Shown: one piece after another, positions 13,265 through 23,693 of the stretch
Layout of the letters: every line of letters begins with the position of its first letter
How positions within the stretch are numbered: the first letter of the stretch is position 1
Origin: Octopus bimaculoides
Lineage: Eukaryota
Assembly (NCBI RefSeq): GCF_001194135.2
Contig: NC_068987.1
Span: forward strand, 11,536,157-11,600,156
DNA: 64,000 nt
Reading direction: 5' to 3'
Program-made: the position numbers and the translations under genes
The notes under the pieces: model-generated
What the model saw: the letters and a program-made list of their open reading frames with translations, nothing else
The model's database searches: none
Told to the model about the DNA's origin: nothing

Positions 13265-16200
13265 AGATTGCAGTAATGGAAGATACTTTGCTAGTGTAAA
13301 TGATGTATTCTTGTGCAAGATACTCCCAGAGCCATCTTAACAGTATTGTAGGCCCCTGGGTGAATCAATGCACCGAGTTCTTTATTGACTCCATAAGTCA
13401 CTGAAAATTGTGGTTTTCGGAAGAACAGACTGATGTATGTATTCCTCTAGATGCAGTGGTTCCCAACCATATTTTGCCTATGGACGACCCCTTTGATCTC
13501 TCTTTTACTCAGGTGGACACCCAGAGACATTTGATGTTTTAAAAAATATTTTTATACTTAAATATTATTAAGAACCGTATAAAAAAAACTGTTGAAAATA
13601 TTCAACAGCACATTATGTCCTTCAAGTTGCTCCATTCCACTCAGCTGGCAAAAATGAATGGGACTTGTATTTCAAAGGGCCAGCCTTGTCACACTCTGTG
13701 TCATGTTGAATTTCCCTGAGAACTTATGTTAAGGTTATGTGTGTCTGAGGAGTGCTCAGCCACTTGCATGTTAGTATCACAAGGAGGCTGTTCCATTGAT
13801 TGAATCAACCGGAACACTCATCATCATAACCGACGGAGTGTCAGTTCTAATAATCAAGCAATCAAATATTGTTCTTCAATCACTTCTCTGATTCGCTGCC
13901 ACATCCAAACATCATCGTTACACACTTATCGTAATAATATGTTAGAGTAGTTTTCTAAGAGAAAATATATGATTCTGTCCATGTCAATACAACACTGTGA
14001 CAATATACTGTAATAAAGTACGACAGCATAAATTTATCAAATATAAACTACATTACAGGGGTTATTACATTTTAACTTATCTTCTCTCAGATCAGTGGTA
14101 TTGTTTATATTTTGGTTAAGAGAATTGTCATGATGTATGTATAATTTGTATTTCTGGCTCCAATGATGTTTTGTATTACCATGATTGTCCACCAAGATGA
14201 TGTGCTAACTCTATGGTTTTGCTGTCAGCCATGTACTGCAAATGGCTGACAGGCAAAAGAAAATTGAAAAACTTCTTTTGTTTTTCTTGGAGAACTTTTT
14301 CATTTAGACAACTAAAAAACATGTTTCTTAAAAGGTAACAAAGCCATTAAATAATGTAAGACACAAATCAGGTGTGGGTTGTGTATACTGAAGAAGTGGA
14401 TATAATGAGATAATATGACTTTCACACATAACTACCAACATACTATACTCTTTTACTTGTTTCAGTCTTTTGACTGTGGCCATGCTGGAGCACTGCCTTT
14501 AGTCAAGCAAATTGACCCCAGGATTTATTCTTTAGAAGCCTAATACTTATTCTATCGGTCTCTTTTGCCGAACCGCTAAGTTACGGGGGACATAAACACA
14601 CCAGCATCAGTTGTCAAGCAATGTTGGGGGTACAAACACAGACACACAAACATATACACACACACACACACATATATACGATGAGCTTCTTTCAGTTTCC
14701 GTCTACCAAATCCACTCACAAGGCTTTGGTCGGCCCAAGGCTAAAGTAGAAGACACTTGCCCAAGGTGCCACGCAGTGGGACTGAACCTGGGACCATGTC
14801 GTTGGTAAGCAAGCTATTTACCACACAGCCACTCCTACGCCTACAGGTAATTCTTTTGTGAATTTACTGAAGCAAACACTGGATATTTTTGCTTTGCTTT
14901 CAATGTTTTATTAATAGTAAGATTGCAAGCTGGCAGAATCATTAGCATGTTTGGCAAAATGCTTAGCAGCATTTTGTCCATCTTTATGTTCCGAGTTCAA
15001 ATTCCACCACGGTCAACTTTGCCTTTCATCATTTCAGGGTGTACCAGTTGAAGTACTGGGGCTGATGTAATTGATAATCCCCTTTCTGAAATTACTAGCC
15101 TCATGCCAAAATTTGGAATCAATATTTAATTAACGGTGCAGATCTGGTGCTCTGGTCCATGGTGCTTAGTCTCCAATCTGTGATACAGTTGCATTTGACA
15201 CAGCGAAATTCTTGGGTATACTCTTTTACTTTTTCACTCGTTTCAGTCACTTGACTGTGGCCATGTTGGAGCACCGCCTTTAGTTGAGCAAATCGACCCC
15301 AAGACTTATTCTTTGTAAGCCTAGTACTTATTCTATCGGTCTCTTTTGCCGAACCGCTAATGTTACGGGGACGGAAACAAACCAGCATCGGTTGTCAAGC
15401 GATGTTGGGGGGACACACAGACACACACACACACATATACATATATACGACGAGCTTCTTTCAGTTTCCGTCTACCAAATCCACTCACAAGGCTTTGGTC
15501 GGCCCGAGGCTATAGTAGAAGACACTTTGCCCAAGGTGCCACGCAGTGGGACTGAACCCGGAACCATGCGGTTCGTAAGCAAACTACTTACCACACCACA
15601 CAGCCACTCCTACGTCCATAGGTAAAAATAAAAAAGTGATTACCACTGAGTTAAGTGGTTAATGTAATAGGCGTTCTCCTCTCTTTCTAATTAGTATTCT
15701 GCTCTCTTTCTACTGTAATTTGCCCACTTACAGTTACGTAACTTACATTCTATTTTCGAACCCGTAACTCCAGCACGATCGTCCTCTTTCTTTTTCTTAT
15801 CAACTTTTGTATAATTCAGTAATTTATTTCGGCGTTGTACTTGCTTGTCAAGTGATTTGATTGTGGTCTGAAATCGTGTGTTGAAACTAAAACAATTGTA
15901 GCGTTGAAAACTCACACAAAGTCTGCTAACTACAAATAATGTTAAATTGAAGTCAACACTGTTTGCGTGTTTTTGAATTGTTAGTACGTGATTGTTTACG
16001 TTTTCTTCTAACCACTTAAGGATTTTTCAATTATCAATATTTTCAGATTAAGATTTGTGGTTGGAAGAAACCGAAAAATATCCGTTATCATGCGTCTTCC
16101 ATGCTGCACGAATGTCATTTATTAAAGCCATCTCCAATTTGCCAATTTTTCCAACCGATGTAAGGGAAATAATTCTAAATAAGTTAAACAATTGTCTCCC

Positions 16201-18899
16201 CTGATTATATTATCTATTTGCAAGAAATTGTTATACGAGGACTGAATTAAGTTCGAATTAACAATTTGTATTTATTTCTCGTTTTCTTGACGATCGTCTT
16301 GGGTATCAAAATATTCCCGAGACGTTATGTAACTAATCAATTGGTGACACTCAGAGTAGCCATTTTAATTATGTCTGTATGTAAGCAAGAACGTGTGTGT
16401 GTGTATATATATATATATGTATATATATATTTATATGTGTGTGTAGTACGCATGGAAATGCGTATGTGTATGTATGTAGGTATGTTATGTATAGATGTGC
16501 GTGTGTGTATGTATGTATGTATGCTTTATCTTACTTGCTTCATTGGACTATGGCCATTGACGTAATATAATATAATGTAATACACACACACATACATATA
16601 CATATATATACATACATATATATATATATATAGGCGGAGGCGTGGATGTGTGTTTCCCAACCACATGCTCTGCTCTCATGTCAATTCCGATTTCTGTAAC
16701 ATATTTTTCGAACTTGATCGTTAGTGCTTCGAGTGCCTCTATAACAACATGGGTCCAGATGGACTATATGTAATCTGAACCTTTCCCCCCTTATTTATTT
16801 TTAACCGAATCCCACGTTTTAGGCTATGGAGATTCCGATACTGAAAATTTTTTTCAAAAATCTCAATTTCAAAATTTCGATTCTGCCCCCCCCACCGGTT
16901 TTTATATAGATCCACACCCTAACCATAACCGTAACCCTGACCCTAAACCTAACCCTAACACTAGTTTTGTGAGATTTGNNNNNNNNNNNNNNNNNNNNNN
17001 NNNNNNNNNNNNNNNNNNNNNNNNNNNNNNNNNNNNNNNNNNNNNNNNNNNNNNNNNNNNNNNNNNNNNNNNNNNNNNNNNNNNNNNNNNNNNNNNNNNN
17101 NNNNNNNNNNNNNNNNNNNNNNNNNNNNNNNNNNNNNNNNNNNNNNNNNNNNNNNNNNNNNNNNNNNNNNNNNNNNNNNNNNNNNNNNNNNNNNNNNNNN
17201 NNNNNNNNNNNNNNNNNNNNNNNNNNNNNNNNNNNNNNNNNNNNNNNNNNNNNNNNNNNNNNNNNNNNNNNNNNNNNNNNNNNNNNNNNNNNNNNNNNNN
17301 NNNNNNNNNNNNNNNNNNNNNNNNNNNGATTACATATAGTCCGTCTCCGCCACAACATGAATGACAGACACTCTTCTCAAAATCCACATTCTTGCAATTT
17401 TGTCTTTTAGTTTATTATTATTAATATTATTATTATTATTATGAGCTGGCGAAATGCTTAGCGGTATTTCGTCTGTCTTTACGTCCTGAGTTCAAATTCC
17501 GCTGAATTCGACTTTGCCTTTCATCCTTTCGGGGTCAATGAATTAAGTACCAGTTGCATACTGGAGTTAATCTAATCAACTGCCACTCCCCACACTCCCC
17601 TGAAATTTCGGGCTTTGCGCTTAGAGTAGAAAGGATCATAATAATAATAATAATTATTATTATTATTATTAGTAGTAGTAATTATTATTAATTATTTGAA
17701 AAATAAACGGGCTTTTGAAGTTCACGAATTCTTACTGTTATTTATAAAATACCTCAATGGACAACGTACTTAGTATAGCCTTATGTAAGGGAGACAACTC
17801 TATACCATAAACTTAAGGTGAAATAACTTAAAATCACGCATTGCCTTCCTAGCTTGTCACGTGCTAAGTGGTTATGTTACCGACGATGACCATGATAGTT
17901 CTTTTATTATAACAATCAAAGAAGCTCCTGAAATTGTACAATTCACAGTAGCTTTTTAGGTAACTTACTCATTTAGTTCCTTCTTTTAGTTTTTCGTGTA
18001 ACCTCGTCTGAACTCAAATCACGCAGAGCTAGATCAAAGTGTCAGCTGTAATTATTCTGTTTCGAGCCGGCAGAATCGTTATCACGGTGGACAAAATGCT
18101 TAGTGGCATTTCGTTCGTCTTTAATGAGTTTGTAATACTTCGACCGTGCGAACCAAAGGAGATGGCGACGTAGACGGAAAAGGCTCCTTTTTACCATGTC
18201 GCACGGTCGAACACAAAAATAAAGATATATACATATAGAGAGTAGGCTCCTCGTGAGAGAGATACGAGCCAAGTGCCAGTAAAGAAACAGATTAGGACAG
18301 ACAACCGATATGATTTATTATGAGAGTAAGTTTATTAACATAGTGAAACTGTTTGTCTGTGTGTGCGTGCATGCGACATATAAAATTAATACAGTAGATA
18401 AATCAGGCCTTGGTGTACAAGAGAAGGTATACAACAATGTGAAGTGACGGACAGCCGTATAAGCAATAGAGGATGTACAAATATGTGAGTACAAGTGTGC
18501 GTGTGAATGAGAGCAAACACAGAACATAGAAAGAGTGTCTGTAACATAGACTGTAAAAAGTCCTAAAACACTGAGATAGAGAAATACCAGTTCGTATTAG
18601 AGTTACACAAGGAGATAGAATGTTCATACGCAGGAAGTTGTGGCCAAGGAGCAGAGCTATAGTATCACACTATGTGTGTTGAGCGTCGAATGCTGCGACC
18701 TGTGTTACCTGGTACGGAATATTCTGGCTGGTTAGTTCTGACTCTTATTCGTGAGTGGAAACAATCCACTCAACAGCGTCGAGATAAAACCAGTCTTGTT
18801 GATGTTGGTGTTGCTGGCGACGACAATGATAGACAGTGCATTGGTGGTGAAGACGTCGGCGCTGGAACTGGCTGTGTTCTGCATGTGTGGTCAGCGACC

Positions 18900-19075
18900 A
18901 GACCTGTGAGAGATCTGAAATCGAAGATGGTATGTGTGGCGAAAAAGGGCTCACCGGAAACCCAGTAAAACTCTTTATCACGTGACTTTATCCCTAGGCC
19001 ATGCTTGGACGTAATGCCCCCTTAGCAAGCAGAACATGGGGACAATTGCCGCGCAAAATAAAAACCAATCAGGAT
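18900..19075. promoter_or_regulatory. Promoter-like motif cluster of an unidentified transcript
   Basis: CCGGAAA at 18954, ATCACGTGAC at 18978, AACCAATCAG at 19063 in unique CpG-rich sequence. Confidence 0.4.
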
Positions 19076-19208
19076 GATGGACAGAAGGGTCCAAGGCAAC
19101 CGAAGCTAGATGTTAGCAGCTTCGTTATAATTTATGATTGAATGCTCGAGAGAAGGTTCAGAAAAAATTTTCTGAGATCTCAAAAGGATTATAGTACATG
19201 TGTATATA

Positions 19209-19354
19209 AAAGAGACCACTAAGTGGACTGCTAATGTGCTAGAAGATCACCGAAAAGTTCTCGAAGAAAAAATTTAGCGAAGCAAAAGCATACGGGCGAG
19301 ACTAGTGAAAATTATAATTTCTAGCACATTAGCAGTCCACTTAGTGGTCTCTTT
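19209..19354. mobile_element. 146-bp MITE with perfect 36-bp TIRs in a (TA)n context
   Basis: aaagagaccactaagtggactgctaatgtgctagaa and its exact reverse complement at 19319-19354. Confidence 0.8.
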
Positions 19355-19358
19355 CTTT

Positions 19359-19389
<31 letters not shown>

Positions 19390-20251
19390 AAGCAAGAAAT
19401 CAAGGGTATGAACGGTATTGATGTCAGGAAAACCCCAAAGGTATCGGGTAAACGCTAAGGAAGTGCTATGTATAGACCATGGTTTTAAGCTCCAAGTTCG
19501 ATAATGATACGAGTCAGAGGTCCAACGTATTATTTAATAGGCAACCCTGATGGCAGTTTGTTTTATTGTGAGAACTCGACTTGCTTCGTCAATGTTGGTT
19601 TACTGGAGCAAAATTCTAAACGGAAAGAAACAATATCGAAAACAATTTTTTGTTTCGTATTCTTATGAGACATTCAGCAAATAGCTTACGTGACTTCAGA
19701 CAAGGGGGAATTACTCTTGAACGACTCAAGGGAAATAACTTGCATACAAAGGCTGACGAGTTTGACACAAGCTTCGACTTTTCTTTCAGAAAATAGATTA
19801 CGGTCATGCTGGAGCAACACTTTATAGATTTAGTCGAGCAAATCACCCGCCTTTCTTTTGCCGAACTGTTAAGTAACAGGCTGTCAGGAAACCATCACCA
19901 ATTGTCAAGCGGTAGCAGGACAAACACAAAGTCACATACCAATACATACATACATGCATACACAGAAACATGCATGCATACATCCATACACACAAATACA
20001 TTCACACATACATCCATACAAAAATACATACATATGCACATGCATACATACATACATGTTTTAAACAAAATGCATTAAATCAATAATGTTTACGTCATTA
20101 GAGCTGATTCTACCCCAAAATTTGAAGATATATATAGGTGTGTGTATACACACACACACATACACACGCAATTTCCATCAACCAAATTCATCCAAAAGAT
20201 ATTGGTCGGCTCGGTGCTAAAGGATATTTGTCCAAAATGCCGCAAAGTCAG

Positions 20252-20282
<31 letters not shown>

Positions 20283-21539
20283 CGACAGGCTTCCATATGA
20301 CTTTGGTAGTGAACGGGAATAGATCGATTTGTTGTACAAGCATGTAGTAGATCGAGATAAAAAAATATCTAGATGGTACACTTACTCCATCAGGATAACC
20401 TACATACAATCGGAGTGACCTTTACACAGTCCGAATCCGACTGGATCAGGGATAGAGAAGAGAAGCGAGGAGAAAAGGGGGGATGGAAGGAGAGGAAGAA
20501 TAGAAAGAGAAGAAACGAAAGCACAACAGACCTATGATGATTTGGGATAGNNNNNNNNNNNNNNNNNNNNNNNNNNNNNNNNNNNNNNNNNNNNNNNNNN
20601 NNNNNNNNNNNNNNNNNNNNNNNNNNNNNNNNNNNNNNNNNNNNNNNNNNNNNNNNNNNNNNNNNNNNNNNNNNNNNNNNNNNNNNNNNNNNNNNNNNNN
20701 NNNNNNNNNNNNNNNNNNNNNNNNNNNNNNNNNNNNNNNNNNNNNNNNNNNNNNNNNNNNNNNNNNNNNNNNNNNNNNNNNNNNNNNNNNNNNNNNNNNN
20801 NNNNNNNNNNNNNNNNNNNNNNNNNNNNNNNNNNNNNNNNNNNNNNNNNNNNNNNNNNNNNNNNNNNNNNNNNNNNNNNNNNNNNNNNNNNNNNNNNNNN
20901 NNNNNNNNNNNNNNNNNNNNNNNNNNNNNNNNNNNNNNNNNNNNNNNNNNNNNNNNNNNNNNNNNNNNNNNNNNNNNNNNNNNNNNNNNNNNNNNNNNNN
21001 NNNNNNNNNNNNNNNNNNNNNNNNNNNNNNNNNNNNNNNNNNNNNNNNNNNNNNNNNNNNNNNNNNNNNNNNNNNNNNNNNNNNNNNNNNNNNNNNNNNN
21101 NNNNNNNNNNNNNNNNNNNNNNNNNNNNNNNNNNNNNNNNNNNNNNNNNNNNNNNNNNNNNNNNNNNNNNNNNNNNNNNNNNNNNNNNNNNNNNNNNNNN
21201 NNNNNNNNNNNNNNNNNNNNNNNNNNNNNNNNNNNNNNNNNNNNNNNNNNNNNNNNNNNNNNNNNNNNNNNNNNNNNNNNNNNNNNNNNNNNNNNNNNNN
21301 NNNNNNNNNNNNNNNNNNNNNNNNNNNNNNNNNNNNNNNNNNNNNNNNNNNNNNNNNNNNNNNNNNNNNNNNNNNCTGACTAAACAGGCATAAAAGAAAT
21401 TTTTTGCCCTATCAAAAAAATGATCGACGATTTCCCTTCGAACTCAGCCATGTCATTTAAGGTTCAAGCGAGAATTCTTAGAACATAGAACGTAAAGACA
21501 GACGAAATACCGCTATGCATTTCGCCCGTGTGTTAACGT

Positions 21540-21778
21540 TTCTTATTTCTTTATTGCCCACAAGGGGCTAAACATAGAGGGGGCAAACAAGGACAGACAA
21601 AGGGATTAAGTCGATTACATCGACCCCAGTGCGTAACTGGTGCTTAATTTATCGACCCCGAAAGGATGAAAGGCAAAGTCGACCTCGGTGGAATTTGAAC
21701 CCAGAACGTAGCGGCAGACGACATACCGCTAAGCATTTCGCCTAGCGTGCTAACATTTCTGCCAGCTCGCCGCCTTAA
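21540..21778 (-). mobile_element. tRNA-derived SINE family B. Other copies about 9050-9170(-), 14925-15120, 17440-17640, 21905-22110, 22125-22240, 36140-36390(-), 44545-44750, 52680-52830(-), 57450-57660, 61525-61740(-)
   Basis: Recurrent ggcgagctggcagaa..ttagc...gagttcaaattcc...gactttgcctttcatcctttcggggtcgataaa. Confidence 0.88.
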
Positions 21779-22633
21779 ATAGCATCAAATATTGCAGAAC
21801 AAAAAATGAAAGATTAATTCTATTCTGTTATATTCAATTGCTTGTGATGAACCATGCGATTTAAATAATACTGAATTGGTCACTTTATTATGTACATATA
21901 TCACAGCAGTGAGCTGTTAGAATCATTAGCACGCTGGACAAAATGCTTTGACATGTCGTCAAATCTTTACATTCTGAGTTCAAATTCCACCAAGGTCAAA
22001 TTTGTCTTTCATCCTTTCGGGGTCGATAAAATAAGCACCAGTTGAACACAGGTTCGATGTGATCTATAATCCCCCTTTCCCCAAATTGCAAGCCTCGTGA
22101 TAACAGCAGGAAGGATTATGTAAATATAGCACGTCGGACAAAATGCTTAGCGGCACTTCGTCGACCTTTACGATTTGAGTTCAAATTCCACTGAGGTCAA
22201 CTTTGCTATTCATCCATTTCGTGGTTGATAAAATAAGTATTAGGCTTTGAGCGTATAGTTGAAACAACTATTATGTAGATGTGTTACCATGTCGAAGGCA
22301 GCGAGCTCGCAGAAATGTTATCGTGTCATAACTGATCAGTCACAGATAACCTTTATCGTGAAGTGGATCACATGAGACATGATTTATTGTCAGGCGAGTT
22401 GCACTACTGCAAAAATTAAAAAAAAAAAAAAATTCAAGGTAAATTTTCCACTGGCATGTCATTCAAAAGGTCTCGCTACCAATAGTTCGCCCATGAATAC
22501 AGAATCCCCCACCCAATGTATACACACTTGAGGAAAGAAAAAAATTGTATAAATATTTTTATTTAGTATTTGTACAGATTTTTCCTTTCCTAAAGTGTGT
22601 ATACATTTTTGGCGGACTGTGTATTCTCTACAG

Positions 22634-22933
22634 CAGTAGTTCTCAACCGGGGTCCATATAAGATTTTTTTGGGGCCCATGTAACAAAATTAAAAAGTTAG
22701 GGATTCATAATAGTATTTTAAGGGCCCATGAAAAAAATTTGCTTTAGATGTGTTTCGTTCCCTAACATTTTACGTAATTCAGCCTACACAACTTAATGCG
22801 TGAAAAACAAAATACGAATTTGGAAAGAAGTTCCCATTAAACTAGTTTTTAAACATCGAATAGCTATAGGGGTCCACCAGAATAAAATAATAATCAAAGG
22901 GGTATATAGTTAAAAAATGGTCGAGAAACTCTG
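22634..22933 (+). mobile_element. hAT/Charlie-like MITE, intact copy; related ends at 111-125, 13454 and 53103-53743
   Basis: TIRs cagtagttctcaacc / ggtcgagaaactctg, 8-bp flanks ctctacag/cactacaa. Confidence 0.8.
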
Positions 22934-23498
22934 CACTACAAGAAAAGGCGGAGATGATCAAGAAAATATACGACAGAGGAAGCTTCATTGCTGAGGGTCA
23001 CGACTCGGTGTCGATGAATCTAACATTTTCTCCATTTATAAAGTACGTGGAGATGAATTATTTATTAACGATTCATGTATCTCTGTTTTGTTTTTGGAAC
23101 CACATCCCCGTGGTTAACGAAGATAGGTGTAATAAATAAAACAATTGTTAAAAACTATTAGTAGTAATGATAATAGCTATCGTGAACAAGATGATTCTCA
23201 TTTGTTGTAAAAGTTGTAATTGATTGTGAACGTGCTTATGCAAAAATCTTCAAAGAAAAGGAAATATATCCGTTCAGTTAAGAGTTTTAACATCTACAAG
23301 TAATTTAACAGCATTTGAAAATAAGACATTGAAAACGATCAGCTGAATAATTTTTACTCATATCAGAAATGTACAGGGAAGCAGAAATTACGAATTTAGT
23401 AGAAAGATTTTGGGACTTTTTGAAAAAGCTACAAGATCAATAGTTCTCAACCGGCATCAATATGGCCACTGAGGAAGAAAAGAAAATTTGGGGGGATC

Positions 23499-23611
23499 CA
23501 CATAACGAAATAGTAAATTGGGGATTCACACAACGAAATAGTAAATTGGGATTCGCACAACGAAATAGTAAATTGGGGGTTCGCACAACGAAATAGTAAA
23601 TTGGGGATTCG
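23499..23611 (+). repeat. Minisatellite, 4 x about 28 bp (cacaacgaaatagtaaattggggattcg)
   Basis: Four adjacent near-identical units without spacers. Confidence 0.9.
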
Positions 23612-23693
23612 CAATGTTTTAAGGGCCCCTGAAAAAACCTGTTACTTTAGATGTATTGCAAGAAACAGCCAGGTTTCTTTCTCTAACATTTTA

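Noticed and set aside
18042-18272. MVKRSLFRLRRHL as a first exon of a second LC3 paralogue
   Set aside because: No phase-1 donor at the expected position and no downstream LC3 exons on the minus strand
23499-23611. CRISPR-like appearance of the 28-bp repeats
   Set aside because: No spacers, eukaryotic context, derived from MITE sequence
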